The notes below the pieces were generated by a model. It was given only the letters and a program-made list of their open reading frames with translations. It had not been told where the DNA came from and searched no databases. The position numbers and the translations under genes were made by a program. DNA of 59,035 nucleotides from Candidatus Saccharimonadales bacterium (GTDB lineage: Bacteria > Patescibacteriota > Saccharimonadia > Saccharimonadales > UBA4665): contig JBOHNS010000003.1 in NCBI GenBank assembly GCA_050730835.1, forward strand, positions 1 through 59,035, written 5' to 3'. How positions within the stretch are numbered: the stretch's first letter is position 1; the number at the start of each line of letters is the position of its first letter. This document shows positions 7,469-17,452 of this stretch, one piece after another.

Positions 7469-8572
7469 TTAATCTTTGATAAACACCCGCGGTTTTTGGC
7501 TAGCCTTAAGCGGTTTTATGAAACTATTGATGCTTTTGAAATTGAACAGGATATGGCCAGCTTTGATTTGCCCGTGTTTACTCGAAATAACTTTGTCGAT
7601 TTCCAGGGCGTTGCCCAAATCGACGATACCGGAAATCTGGCCGGGCTTTAGAGTTTGCAGGGTTGCCAGCGTCTGCGGCGGAACGTTCTGGCTGCTTTGA
7701 TTGATGATAAAGCCGAATTTGCCACCATTAGCATTAGTAGCGGTGTCTTCTGAATATTGTTTGGCCACCTCAGAAAATTTAGTTTTGCCGCTATTTAATA
7801 AATCGAGCGCGTTTTGGGCTCGTTGGTGGGTCGCGCTGTCCAGCTTAGAAACGACTTTTTGGGCTAGCAGCTGCTGCTTTAATTCGGTTTTAAAATCTGC
7901 TTCTGTCCAACCATAAAATTGACTCAAGACGCCATCAAGCTGCTTGTTAGTGCTGCCTAAACGATCCTCGCGCCGCACCAAATTTAATTCGTTATTAACT
8001 TCATTTGGGCTGACTGACACGTGATTTTTAGCCGCCAATTGTTTAATATAGCCCTGATTGATAACTTGCTTTAAGGCCAGCTTTTTAAAATTAGCCAGCT
8101 GCGCTTTGCCCGACTTGCTGCTAAAGTTGACCTGCTGTTGATTCTGATAATAATGAATGTAGTGGCGCAGCTGAAATAAATAATCCTGGTAGCTGACCCA
8201 GCGCGGCCCGGCTTTGGCCGCCGGAAACGGAATTACCTCGCTAACGGCGTAAATAAAGCTAGAATGCGTCTGAAATTTGTAAATTACCAGCAAACTATAG
8301 CCGAAAAATACCAGCACGATCAGCACAAAAAAGCCAATCGAATAGCGCACGATATTATGTTTTGATTGTTTCAGCGGATAAATATATTTACGCGCCCCGC
8401 CAATCACTTCTTCGCGCTGCGAAGCCAGCGTTTCGTTGGTAATATTGGGCAGGTTTTTTAAGGCTTCGTCGAAGCGCGTGGCGGCATCCTTTTTCTTGAT
8501 GTGCGGCCGTTTAAGCTTTTTCAATTTTTGCGCGCTCGGTAATTGTAATTTGGGTAGTTTCTTACGTTTCAT
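7469..8572 (-). CDS. Parvulin-type peptidyl-prolyl isomerase (PpiC/PrsA/SurA-like), membrane-anchored
   Basis: One TM (FFVLIVLVFFGYSLLVIY). C-terminal rotamase motif YSEDTATNANGGKFGFI...PGQISGIV. Start taken at MKRKKLPK (8572), which overlaps the upstream stop. The longest ORF reaches 8683. Confidence 0.7.
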   Translation of the reverse strand: MKRKKLPKLQLPSAQKLKKLKRPHIKKKDAATRFDEALKNLPNITNETLASQREEVIGGARKYIYPLKQSKHNIVRYSIGFFVLIVLVFFGYSLLVIYKFQTHSSFIYAVSEVIPFPAAKAGPRWVSYQDYLFQLRHYIHYYQNQQQVNFSSKSGKAQLANFKKLALKQVINQGYIKQLAAKNHVSVSPNEVNNELNLVRREDRLGSTNKQLDGVLSQFYGWTEADFKTELKQQLLAQKVVSKLDSATHQRAQNALDLLNSGKTKFSEVAKQYSEDTATNANGGKFGFIINQSSQNVPPQTLATLQTLKPGQISGIVDLGNALEIDKVISSKHGQIKAGHILFNFKSINSFIKPLKASQKPRVFIKD

Positions 8573-9140
8573 TTTCGATTTCCGGTCCTTGACCGCCTGG
8601 AGTTTGATAGGATTTTGGCACGACACCCATTTGGCGCAAAATTTCCAGTATCCGCTTTTGGGTTTTGGCCGGATGATGGACATAGTGAATCACCAAATCG
8701 CCCATCATAGTTTGCAACATAACCGTGCCAAAGCCGAGCAGCGTCTCCTGCAAGCCGGATATTTCGTAATTCACCATCTGAATTTGATGCAACGCCATAT
8801 CGACCACACCGCGGTGAAACAGGCCTTTTTGAGTAATTTGCACCAACCGCTGGCTGGTCACAATAAACACGCTGTAGTGCCAACTAATCCAAAACGGCAG
8901 AAACACAATAATCCCGACGCCAAGGCCAATGCCAAGGCCGCCAAAAAACCAACCAAAGCCAATACTAGGTTTAAATAGCGACGGCAAAGCGCCCAAAACC
9001 AGCGGCAGCAGACCCAAAATAAGCCCCTTGCGCATCACCAGTGGATGCTTGCGAAAAACATACAGCACCTCCTCGTCATCAAATTGATCGTCAAAATATT
9101 TGACGTGCTCGGCCGAACTGTCGTCTTGCTTTTTGGCCAT
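8562..9140 (-). CDS. Membrane protein with a bacterial PH (YdbS/YdbT-like) domain
   Basis: Two TM helices followed by ...SVFIVTSQRLVQITQKGLFHRGVVDMALHQIQMVNYEISG..., the pattern of DUF304/bPH_2 proteins. Confidence 0.5.
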   Translation of the reverse strand: MAKKQDDSSAEHVKYFDDQFDDEEVLYVFRKHPLVMRKGLILGLLPLVLGALPSLFKPSIGFGWFFGGLGIGLGVGIIVFLPFWISWHYSVFIVTSQRLVQITQKGLFHRGVVDMALHQIQMVNYEISGLQETLLGFGTVMLQTMMGDLVIHYVHHPAKTQKRILEILRQMGVVPKSYQTPGGQGPEIENET

Positions 9141-9187
9141 GACTATTATTGTAGCAATCTTAGCTGGAAATTTCTTGCTGTTCCCCT

Positions 9188-9262
9188 TGGTGCCCCCGAA
9201 CGGATTCGAACCGCCAGCTTCTCCTTAGGACGGAGTTGTTTTATCCATTGAACTACAGGGGC
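9188..9262 (-). tRNA. tRNA-Arg(CCT)
   Basis: Minus strand GCCCCTGTAGTTCAATGGATAAAACAACTCCGTCCTAAGGAGAAGCTGGCGGTTCGAATCCGTTCGGGGGCACCA: acceptor GCCCCTG/CGGGGGC, loop GTCCTAA, T-loop TTCGAAT. Confidence 0.9.
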
Positions 9263-9346
9263 AGGCTTTAAGCAGATCGGGCATTTGCATTCATGATATT
9301 CTGCTTTAATTTACAAGTTTACTTAAAATAAGAGCTTAAACAAACT

Positions 9347-9904
9347 TTAGGCATGAGTAAAATGCTCGTGAGCTACTTTATAGCTATGCAGTTCATCCGG
9401 CTTAAACCACAGGGCTATTTCTTTTTTGGCCTCTTCGACGTCTCCGGAAGCATGCAGCAAATTAGCGGCGCCCTTGCCTGCCGACGAAGCCCTGCCCAAG
9501 CTTAAATGAGCATAATCGCCGCGTATCGTGCCCGGCGCCGAATCTTTTGGCCCGGTGCTGCCAACCAGCTTGCGCACAACCTCAACGATATATCCACCTT
9601 CTAAAACCGCGGCAATAACTGGTCCGCTACGCATGAAAGACCTGGTTTCATCGACAATCATGCGGCCGATTTCTTCGGCCGATTCGGTATATTTTATACC
9701 GTAGTTGTCCCAATCTTTTTTGGTCTTATTGCCGACAATAGGCACTAGCGAGTCTGGATAATGCTCGGTCAGCATTTTGGCGTCTGGCACCAGCATTTTC
9801 ATAGCCACAATTTTGAATCCCGCCCTTTCAAAGCGGCTTAAAATTTCACCGACTAGAGCGCGCTGAACGGCATCGGGCTTAAAAACTACGAGCGTCTGTT
9901 CCAT
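9347..9904 (-). CDS. ndk: Nucleoside-diphosphate kinase (long form)
   Basis: TLVVFKPDAVQRALVGEILSRFERAGFKIVAMKM... and active-site region NLLHASGD. Confidence 0.8.
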   Translation of the reverse strand: MEQTLVVFKPDAVQRALVGEILSRFERAGFKIVAMKMLVPDAKMLTEHYPDSLVPIVGNKTKKDWDNYGIKYTESAEEIGRMIVDETRSFMRSGPVIAAVLEGGYIVEVVRKLVGSTGPKDSAPGTIRGDYAHLSLGRASSAGKGAANLLHASGDVEEAKKEIALWFKPDELHSYKVAHEHFTHA

Positions 9905-9996
9905 AATGTTTTCCTATTTAATTTTTTAATTGTAACAGATATGGCCATAATCAGGCAACTAAAGCTAGCCTAAAAAATGCTATAATAAAGTCTGCC

Positions 9997-10944
9997 ATGC
10001 AATTTGCTAAAACCAAAACCGAATTTTTGGAATATTTGGAAATCGAGCAAAACCGCTCGCAAAAAACCATCGCCAATTACGACCATTATTTGACGCGCCT
10101 AATCGATTTTGCCGGTGACGATATTGCGCTCAGCGACATTACGCCGGAGCTAGTCCGCAAATGGCGGCTTTGGCTAAACCGGCTAGGCACAAATACTAGC
10201 GACGAACTGCAAAAATCGACCAGTAATTACCATTTAATCGCGCTTAGAAGCTTCCTGAAATTTTGCGCCAGGCGCGATATTCTAGCATTACCCGCCGATA
10301 AAATTGAGCTGGCTAGGACCGTCAGAAAACAAGTAACTTTTCTCAATGAAAGTGAGTTGAACAAATTATTTGCTCAGCCTGACCTCAATAAATTAAGTGG
10401 ATTACGCGACCGAGCGATTTTGGAATTGCTATTTTCTAGCGGCTTGCGCGTCTCAGAACTGACCAATTTAGACCGCGACCACGTCAATTTAACCCGCCGC
10501 GAATTTATGGTCCGCGGCAAAGGCCAAAAGGATCGCCCGATTTTCATCAGCCCCGAGGCCGCCAAATGGATTGATCATTATTTGCAAAAACGCCAAGACA
10601 CGGCCGCGCCACTATTTGTGCGCTACCGCGGCGCTAAGACTATCGATAATAGCGGCAATTACAGCCGTTTAACACCACGCAGCGTGCAGCGCTTAGTCAG
10701 CCGCTACGCTCGTCTGGCCGGCATCACCAAGCACGTCAGCCCACACACTTTGCGCCATAGTTTTGCCACAGATTTATTAATGAACGGCGCCGATTTGCGC
10801 AGTGTCCAAGCCATGCTCGGCCACAGCAACATCGCCACCACTCAAATTTATACGCACGTAACCGATCCGCATCTCAAAAGCGTGCACGAGCGGTTTCACG
10901 CCAATGTAAGACAAAACTTAAAATCCTTGGGAAGTCTAGATTAA
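9997..10944 (+). CDS. xerC: Tyrosine recombinase XerC/XerD family
   Basis: C-terminal catalytic region HTLRHSFATDLLMNGADLRSVQAMLGHSNIATTQIYTHV (R-H-R-Y signature) and an N-terminal SAM-like core-binding domain. Confidence 0.85.
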   Translation: MQFAKTKTEFLEYLEIEQNRSQKTIANYDHYLTRLIDFAGDDIALSDITPELVRKWRLWLNRLGTNTSDELQKSTSNYHLIALRSFLKFCARRDILALPADKIELARTVRKQVTFLNESELNKLFAQPDLNKLSGLRDRAILELLFSSGLRVSELTNLDRDHVNLTRREFMVRGKGQKDRPIFISPEAAKWIDHYLQKRQDTAAPLFVRYRGAKTIDNSGNYSRLTPRSVQRLVSRYARLAGITKHVSPHTLRHSFATDLLMNGADLRSVQAMLGHSNIATTQIYTHVTDPHLKSVHERFHANVRQNLKSLGSLD

Positions 10945-10983
10945 ATATTTGCCAAGCTTAAAGACGCGCCCGCCAAGCATAAA

Positions 10984-12075
10984 TTAACAAGCGGTATTAA
11001 TTCCAACCACAAAGGGCCGGACGGTGAATTGTTTGCAAATGCCGTTTTTGATTTGCAGGGCATTGTCAGGCACGTCGTTATTACCGACGCTATTAATCGA
11101 TACCCGCTCCTGGATGCGCCTCAGTTCGTCGCTGGCCTTGCCGGTAGAATCGATCAAAGCTTGAGCATTATATAAGTGCAGTTGCCCGGAAGCATCGGAA
11201 CTAGTGGAACTAGCTGTTATCGAAAGATCGGCGCTTAGATAAATTGGCGTGATGTGCAAATAATAAGTTCCGTTAGGGGCGGACGGCAGACCACCACTTA
11301 AATCTTCCGTGCAGGCATATTGTCCGGTCGCAGCCGAACCGCACGAAGCGCTAACAACTTCCCCGTTTGATATGCTGGCGCTGCCGGCAGAATGGCCGGG
11401 CTGCAAAAACACGGTTTTAGTATCCTTTTGCAACTGGCTTTGGTTTGTCCAGCCGGATGCCGGCGCAATATCAACCTGCAACATGCCGGCGCTGCACGTG
11501 CTGGCCGGCCAGCTATCACGCGCCGGAAAACTATCATTACTCGGGCAACTACTAAAATTATAACTAGAAGCGCCGTCTTGTTGCCAGCTAATCGTAATCG
11601 ATTTTACGGGCGTAGCTACGCCGACTCCGCCGGCCCCATTTTGGCCGAAAATCGGCACCACCTGGCCATGGCCGGTGGCTAGCGGCACATAGTTTAATGA
11701 TAGCGGCGCGGTATTGACCAGCAAGCAAGTATAGGCAACGTTACTCGACAAATTACTAGCCGCCGAGCCGCCGTAGCTGCCGCCAGTGCAGCTAGTTTGA
11801 TTGGGCGGAATAATAGTCGGTGTGTTACCTATGTCAGCCTTAATCACCGCATAAGCATCATTGACGCCGCTTTCGGCCGCGTAATAAGCTGTTGTGCTCA
11901 GCTGCGCGTCGACAGCCCGCCGCTGTTCCTGGCGAGCATTACTGGCAAAGCCCAGCACAATCAAGCTTAAAACAATAATCATTATCAAAGTAACGGCAAA
12001 GGCAGCAAAGCCGTCTTGACGCTGCTTCAGGCCAGCTGCCAGTCTTGGTAATTTAATGATTTGAATTTTAATCAT
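10984..12075 (-). CDS. PilX-like minor pilin / pilus-associated protein
   Basis: N-terminus GFAAFAVTLIMIIVLSLIVLGFASNARQEQRRAVD...AYYAAESGVNDAY resembles the PilX N-terminal domain. Last gene of the pilin block. Confidence 0.55.
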   Translation of the reverse strand: MIKIQIIKLPRLAAGLKQRQDGFAAFAVTLIMIIVLSLIVLGFASNARQEQRRAVDAQLSTTAYYAAESGVNDAYAVIKADIGNTPTIIPPNQTSCTGGSYGGSAASNLSSNVAYTCLLVNTAPLSLNYVPLATGHGQVVPIFGQNGAGGVGVATPVKSITISWQQDGASSYNFSSCPSNDSFPARDSWPASTCSAGMLQVDIAPASGWTNQSQLQKDTKTVFLQPGHSAGSASISNGEVVSASCGSAATGQYACTEDLSGGLPSAPNGTYYLHITPIYLSADLSITASSTSSDASGQLHLYNAQALIDSTGKASDELRRIQERVSINSVGNNDVPDNALQIKNGICKQFTVRPFVVGINTAC

Positions 12076-12083
12076 AACTTACT

Positions 12084-12758
12084 TTAATGTATACGCGAAC
12101 TTACCGTTGTTGTCAAAGTCGAAACATCGCAAAACTGGCCGCCAAAACTTTCTTGCGGACACGAATAAGCCTTGATGGGCGTCGCGGCAAACTCATTGCC
12201 ATAGCCGACTGTCAAACTAATTTTAAAAGTTGGTTTACCGCTAATGGGCTGAGTGATCGATAATTGGCCGAGCCGCAGGTCATGGGCCAATAATTCGTGG
12301 TTGCCACTGCCGCCGCCATTAGCGGCATGCAAATAGCCCACAAATTTAGCCGGCAAACTGCCGCCGCTAGGACAAGTCGGATTATTGCCGCCGAGCACTA
12401 ATAAAGCGTGCGGTACTTGGCCAGCTGCTGTGTTGCTGCCGATTTCTTTATTCAGCTGATAAACATAAACATTATTACCAATGCAAAAATAACCATTGCC
12501 CGATCCACCGTTATTAGATGTTAGGCTCACCGAGCTAGACTTATTAAACTGAATAGCCTGGGCAATGGTTTGCAGCACGCTTCGAGTAGTATCCTGGGTC
12601 TGGGCATCGACATCGCCTTTTACATAAGTATTGGTGACATAAAGCACAGCCACCGTGACGATCAAAAGCACAATTGCAAAAACGGCCGTGGCAATCAACA
12701 GCTCGACTATGGTAAAGCCTTGGTTATTAGATTTGAGTTTGCTATGCATTTGCTTCAT
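12084..12758 (-). CDS. Minor pilin (prepilin-type N-terminal cleavage/methylation domain)
   Basis: NQG/FTIVELLIATAVFAIVLLIV class III signal. Confidence 0.7.
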   Translation of the reverse strand: MKQMHSKLKSNNQGFTIVELLIATAVFAIVLLIVTVAVLYVTNTYVKGDVDAQTQDTTRSVLQTIAQAIQFNKSSSVSLTSNNGGSGNGYFCIGNNVYVYQLNKEIGSNTAAGQVPHALLVLGGNNPTCPSGGSLPAKFVGYLHAANGGGSGNHELLAHDLRLGQLSITQPISGKPTFKISLTVGYGNEFAATPIKAYSCPQESFGGQFCDVSTLTTTVSSRIH

Positions 12759-12769
12759 GAATTTTTGTC

Positions 12770-13279
12770 CTACTGCGTCCGATAATATAGCTGAGTATAA
12801 TTTTGGCCGCCGGTGATGCTCGGCCAGGTTATTATTACTTGATAAGTTATAGCTGTTACCTTCGGGCTGGTTGAAATATTGGCCGGATTTAATATGGCTG
12901 CGCTGCTAGGCACTGGGCTGTCGGTGATTTTGTAACAATAGGGCGTAGCGCTGGGGCAAGTGGCGACGACATTAGATTGATCGCTAGCTATCAAGCAATG
13001 GGCAAAGCTTAATGGCTGTCCGCTAGCATCAAAGCAAGTTGCTGTAACGGCCCCGGCCGGACCAGATTGTAACGAGCCGGCGCTGCGCAAGCTTTCGATT
13101 TGGGATTGAGCAATCGTCAGTGCCTGGGTGTGTTCCTGAGCATCGCGCTCGCTGTTCAGTGAACGGTTAGAGGTGGCGTAAGCTCCAGCCAGAATCAGAC
13201 CCAAAATCGCCGTCGCAATTAGCACCTCTACGATAGTATCGCCCGCTTGGCTGGTTAATTTTACAAACTGCAATTTCAT
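12770..13279 (-). CDS. Minor pilin-like protein
   Basis: AGD/TIVEVLIATAILGLILAGAYA: pilin-like hydrophobic N-terminus with Glu at +5. Confidence 0.6.
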   Translation of the reverse strand: MKLQFVKLTSQAGDTIVEVLIATAILGLILAGAYATSNRSLNSERDAQEHTQALTIAQSQIESLRSAGSLQSGPAGAVTATCFDASGQPLSFAHCLIASDQSNVVATCPSATPYCYKITDSPVPSSAAILNPANISTSPKVTAITYQVIITWPSITGGQNYTQLYYRTQ

Positions 13280-13283
13280 AGGC

Positions 13284-14228
13284 TTAGGCGCAACCTTTCT
13301 GGCTAAAACGTTTTAAGGTGATGCTGGTCGGGCTATTCGATCCGCCGATTATCATTAGCGCCGATTCGCCAGTCGAACCGCTATCAAAGCAAATATTGAC
13401 ACCGCCGTCCGGATTTTTAGGCGCAATCTGGCTGCCAAACCTACCAGTATTGACGTAACAGACCGATCCAGGCGGCGAACTGGGGCAATTATCGGTCAGA
13501 CTATTGATTTGCCCGACTTGCGTAGCCTTGGTTTCCGTCAAACTGGAACCAGGCATGGGAATAATCTGCACATTCTGAGAGCCAGAGTTCAAATCATTCG
13601 TAACACTCCCCGAATAGCCATTAAAGGTCGTCAAAAAGCCCACGGCGCCGATATTAGTTGTGCTGCCGCCATTACTATACGTCATGCCGCCATGATGCAC
13701 AGTAATGCCATAGGGCAAGCTTGTGGCTGAAGTTATGTCGGGTCCGGCAATGCTGCTAGTCGGTATCGCTTGAGCTAGATTAGTAACATCATCCGTGCCT
13801 GTTCCGCCTGGCGCATACTGCCGCCCCACAACCGGATAAATTGTATAAGTTTGATTGTCTGACGAGCCGGTACCAAACTGCAAGACCTCGCCAATAAACG
13901 TGCAGCCAGTATTGGTCCCCAAAGTGCTGCTGCCACCGCCAGAGATAGTCGGCGCACCGCTCAAGCCGGCCGAGCATTTGTAATCCGGCGGTAAATTATA
14001 GTAACCATTAGCCACATTGCCAACCGCGCTTTGCAAACCCGAAGTCAGCTGGGTGATGCCGGTAGAAAACTCGGTTTTACTTTGTTTACCGCTGAGCAGC
14101 GTCATGGCGCTGGCAAAAATCGCCGCGCTAACAGCTAAAAAAATTATAATTTCGATAATCGTAAAACCGCCGCAACTTTTTGCCAAGTCCGGCCTAGTCA
14201 AAATATCGGGCTTTTTGACACCCTTCAT
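13284..14228 (-). CDS. Minor pilin-like protein
   Basis: CGG/FTIIEIIIFLAVSAAIFASA class III signal. Start taken at MKGVKKPD (14228). The longest ORF reaches 14324. Confidence 0.6.
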   Translation of the reverse strand: MKGVKKPDILTRPDLAKSCGGFTIIEIIIFLAVSAAIFASAMTLLSGKQSKTEFSTGITQLTSGLQSAVGNVANGYYNLPPDYKCSAGLSGAPTISGGGSSTLGTNTGCTFIGEVLQFGTGSSDNQTYTIYPVVGRQYAPGGTGTDDVTNLAQAIPTSSIAGPDITSATSLPYGITVHHGGMTYSNGGSTTNIGAVGFLTTFNGYSGSVTNDLNSGSQNVQIIPMPGSSLTETKATQVGQINSLTDNCPSSPPGSVCYVNTGRFGSQIAPKNPDGGVNICFDSGSTGESALMIIGGSNSPTSITLKRFSQKGCA

Positions 14229-14338
14229 GCCTTGAATTATAGCACAGAAGCATAAGCGTGTACCAGATGGAATATGATAGATGATAGTCAGAGATTTCAA
14301 GTTGGCGTTTTTGCAAACTATCAACTGTAAACTATAAA

Positions 14339-14459
14339 GGACTTTCGCATTTTAAACGCAGTTTGGGATGAAAAACGAGCACCGAAATGTAGGCGTATTA
14401 AAATACGCCGGAATGAGGAGCGCAGGTTTCCGCCCAAAATGTGCAAAATGCGTAAGTCC
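14339..14459. repeat. Long imperfect palindrome, family R2, copy 1
   Basis: ggactttcgcatttt...gcagtttgggatgaaaaacgagc...ggcgtattaaaatacgcc...gcgcaggtttccgcccaaaatgtgcaaaatgcgtaagtcc. The arms pair around the apex GTATTAAAATAC. Related copy at 44870. Confidence 0.6.
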
Positions 14460-14474
14460 TATCAGCCTAAAACT

Positions 14475-15326
14475 CTAGCCGATGAATAAATTTTTGTACC
14501 AGGTGATTACGCCAGCGCCAAATAAATAGGTGATGACGGTCGCGAGCATCAAAAACGGGCCAAACGGAACCTGGCTGCGGCGATTCATGTGTCCGAAAAT
14601 CATAAACGGCAATGACGCGATGGTGCCGGCCAGCGAGGCGATAAATAGCATCAGCACAGCTTCGGCCGGCTCGGCCAAAATTAGCCCCAAAATCACGCCC
14701 AATTTGACATCGCCGCCGCCAATCCAGCGCCCGCGCGAAACTTCAAACAACACGAAAAAAAATCCGGCGGCAATCAACACGCCGTAAACCGCGCCCAGCA
14801 AACTGCTTAAATCGCCGCCAAAAACCGTAATCATAATTAAAGCTTGCCAGGCCGCCAAACCAATCAACGGAAATACAATCCGATTGGGCAAAAGCTTCCA
14901 GCGCAGGTCATAAACGCTAAGCGCCGTAAAGCCGACTATAAAAGCCAGCCATAAAATAAACTGAAACAGCCCCACGCCGCTAAATCCGAGCGGCCAAAAA
15001 TAATACGAAAAAACAAATAGTCCGGGCACGATAATTTCCACCAGCGGATATTGCTTTGCAACCTGCTTCTGGCAATAGCGGCATTTACCGCGCAACCACA
15101 GCCAGCTAAAAACCGGCAGCAAATCGCGCACGGCTAGTTCCTGGCCGCAGCTTGGACACATCGAATGACCGCGAAAAATCGACAGCTTTTTCAGCCGCGC
15201 CTTGGTTTTTTTAGATTTTTTGGATTTGGCTATTTTGGCCTGCTCGTGCAGCCGCCAGACCAGCGCATTGCAAAAACTGCCCAGCGCCAATCCCACCACA
15301 ATCAACACCACAACAATCACAAACAT
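14475..15326 (-). CDS. pilD: Prepilin peptidase (A24 family)
   Basis: CPSCGQELAVRDLLPVFSWLWLRGKCRYCQ zinc-binding N-terminal domain followed by a polytopic membrane domain. Confidence 0.85.
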   Translation of the reverse strand: MFVIVVVLIVVGLALGSFCNALVWRLHEQAKIAKSKKSKKTKARLKKLSIFRGHSMCPSCGQELAVRDLLPVFSWLWLRGKCRYCQKQVAKQYPLVEIIVPGLFVFSYYFWPLGFSGVGLFQFILWLAFIVGFTALSVYDLRWKLLPNRIVFPLIGLAAWQALIMITVFGGDLSSLLGAVYGVLIAAGFFFVLFEVSRGRWIGGGDVKLGVILGLILAEPAEAVLMLFIASLAGTIASLPFMIFGHMNRRSQVPFGPFLMLATVITYLFGAGVITWYKNLFIG

Positions 15327-15339
15327 TAGCCTTATCGTA

Positions 15340-15393
15340 ACACAAAAAGGCGCCCCATGTTTTAAGGTTTAATTAAAAACCGTGGGACGCCTT
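15340..15393 (-). terminator. Putative intrinsic terminator/attenuator downstream of the major pilin gene
   Basis: Minus strand AAGGCGTCCCACG, 21-nt loop, CATGGGGCGCCTT, then TTTTTGTGTT. Confidence 0.45.
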
Positions 15394-15426
15394 AAGGTTT
15401 ACAATTTATTACAATTTATGCTTTAT

Positions 15427-15975
15427 CTAATCGTTGATGCATTGATTGGCCGGTGAGCCACCAGTTTCTGTTTGGTAAAGAATGGCGACCGAGCGAGATC
15501 GGGCCTTGGCAGCTACGCCAGTTCCGGTAGGGTTACATTCTTCGCCGGTGTCTACTACGACAGTTTCTGTGGTGGGCTGCGTACCGGCTCCTGGACCTTG
15601 TTGATATTCCATTGATACGGGAAGTGTTGACAGGCCAGGGTCGTAATAACCAAGTTTTGCGGATTCAATGTTCTTGTCGGTTGAGTCACAATGAGTTGTA
15701 CCTTTAGTGCACAAAAATTCAACTGATCTAGACGATCCAGCTTTTTGCACTGTGTCGGGGAACTGGCCGCCATTATTGTCAATGTAATTAGAAAGCGCCG
15801 CACCGATGGCTGAGACGTCGTTTTTGCGCTGAGTGTTGCGGGCGCTGCGCTGCAAAGCTGGAACGGCCAAGAAAACGATTAATAAGATTAATCCGGCAAT
15901 GGCCAAGACAATCATGGTTTCGATGATGGTGAAGCCCTGATTATCAGATTTTCGTTGTTTAATATTTGTTATCAT
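15427..15975 (-). CDS. pilA: Major type IV pilin
   Basis: NQG/FTIIETMIVLAIAGLILLIVFLAVPALQRSARNTQRKND. ATG at 15975 is preceded by AAAGGGG. Sits between pilC and pilD. Confidence 0.75.
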   Translation of the reverse strand: MITNIKQRKSDNQGFTIIETMIVLAIAGLILLIVFLAVPALQRSARNTQRKNDVSAIGAALSNYIDNNGGQFPDTVQKAGSSRSVEFLCTKGTTHCDSTDKNIESAKLGYYDPGLSTLPVSMEYQQGPGAGTQPTTETVVVDTGEECNPTGTGVAAKARSRSVAILYQTETGGSPANQCIND

Positions 15976-16165
15976 TTGCAGCAAGTGCCCCTTTGCTTAC
16001 TAGGTTATTTTTTATTATTACTATCTTATACTTTTAAATGATACAGCTAGTGCTAATAAAAAACAATAGCTTTATCCACAGGAAGAGCTGGTTAGTTTAT
16101 AGTTTTTGGTTAATAGTTTATAATGTCCGAAACCTAAACCCTACAAACTATCAACTAAAAACTTC

Positions 16166-17389
16166 TTAAAACCGGATATTGCCCGAGCCGGCCAGACTGT
16201 AAACCGGCAGCAGCACGGCGGCTACGATAATCAGCGCCATGATGCCAAGCAACACCATCATAATCGGTTCAATGATGGTCGAAATGTTTTTGATGGCGCT
16301 GTCGACTTCTTTTTCGTAATATTCGGCGGTTTTGGCCATCATTTTTTCCATCGAGCCAGATTGTTCGCCGATGCGCAGCATGTTCGGCACCAGCGGCAAA
16401 AAGTTGGGATCATTCGTCAGCGAATCGCTCAAGGCTTTGCCGCCTTTGACTTTATCGGCCGCTTTTTTGATGGAATCTTCGACCAGCACATTGGAAACCG
16501 CATCGGACGTAATCTGCAAAACTTGCAACAGCGGCACGCCGGCGACCACCAGAGTCGAGCCGGTGCGGGCAAAGCGCGCCATATAAACTTTTTTAAATAA
16601 ATTTGATAGCGGCGGCATGCGCAATTTTATAGTGTCAAAAGCCCGGTGCCCGGATTTGGTACTCAGATAACGCTTCAGCAAAAAGCCTAACACGATGACA
16701 ATTATCAGCACCACCCACCAATAATGAATCACAAAATACGACAAGCCCAGCAGCGCGCGCGTTTCGATGGGCAGTTTGGCGCCAGGAAAAGTTTTATACA
16801 GCACCTTGACCTGCGGCAAAACCTTGACCAGCATAAACACCACAACGGCAATCATGATCAAGACAACAATCGCCGGATAGGTCAGGGCGCCGCGGACTTT
16901 GCTCAAAATATCGGCGTCTTTTTCTTGCTGAATGGCAATCCGCTCCAGCGCTGTGTCCAGAGTGCCGGACGTTTCGCCAGCCGCCACTAGGCTGATAAAC
17001 ACTTTGTCAAAGACATTTGGATGGCTGGCCAGCGCTACCGATAAAGCCGTGCCGCCTTCGATTTGGACCGTCAAATCGCTGATGACTATTTTGAGCGGCT
17101 TGGACGTGGTTTGGTCGTTGACGCTGCGCAAACTTTGGGCCAGCGGCAAGCCGGCATTGATCAGGGTCGATAATTGGCGCGCAAACAACACGCGGTCTTT
17201 GGCCCGCACGCGGCTGAGTTTTTTCAGCGGTCCGTTTAGCAGTTTCGAGCCGGTCAGTTTGATTTCGATCGGCGTCAAGCCTTCTTTTTTGATGACGCGC
17301 GCAGCGTCTTGCTCGCTTTGAGCCTCGACATTGGCCTTGATCCGCGCACCGGTGCTCGGATTGCGCGCCACGTATTGATAGGTTAGCAC
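16166..17389 (-). CDS. pilC: Type IV pilus platform protein PilC
   Basis: Polytopic GspF/PilC architecture. With a GTG start at 17389 (GGAG 7 nt upstream) the N-terminus is MLTYQYVARNPSTGARIKANVEA, matching canonical PilC N-termini. The longest ORF (to 17437) starts inside the heptamer repeat. Confidence 0.85.
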   Translation of the reverse strand: MLTYQYVARNPSTGARIKANVEAQSEQDAARVIKKEGLTPIEIKLTGSKLLNGPLKKLSRVRAKDRVLFARQLSTLINAGLPLAQSLRSVNDQTTSKPLKIVISDLTVQIEGGTALSVALASHPNVFDKVFISLVAAGETSGTLDTALERIAIQQEKDADILSKVRGALTYPAIVVLIMIAVVVFMLVKVLPQVKVLYKTFPGAKLPIETRALLGLSYFVIHYWWVVLIIVIVLGFLLKRYLSTKSGHRAFDTIKLRMPPLSNLFKKVYMARFARTGSTLVVAGVPLLQVLQITSDAVSNVLVEDSIKKAADKVKGGKALSDSLTNDPNFLPLVPNMLRIGEQSGSMEKMMAKTAEYYEKEVDSAIKNISTIIEPIMMVLLGIMALIIVAAVLLPVYSLAGSGNIRF

Positions 17390-17419
17390 CAGTCGCTCCA
17401 GACGCTCGCTAAGCTCGCT

Positions 17420-17452
17420 CCATTGACCATTGACCATTGACCATTGACCATT
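17420..17452. repeat. (CCATTGA)n heptamer tandem repeat, about 4.7 units
   Basis: Read directly. On the coding strand (TCAATGG)n places an ATG every 7 nt just upstream of pilC. Confidence 0.9.

Noticed and set aside
17390-17437. ATG starts at 17437 (pilC) and 18756 (pilT) giving MVNGQWS... N-terminal extensions
   Set aside because: These residues are encoded by the heptamer repeat. Downstream GTG codons with GGAG/AAGGGAG sites give N-termini matching canonical PilC and PilT, so the extensions are probably not translated.
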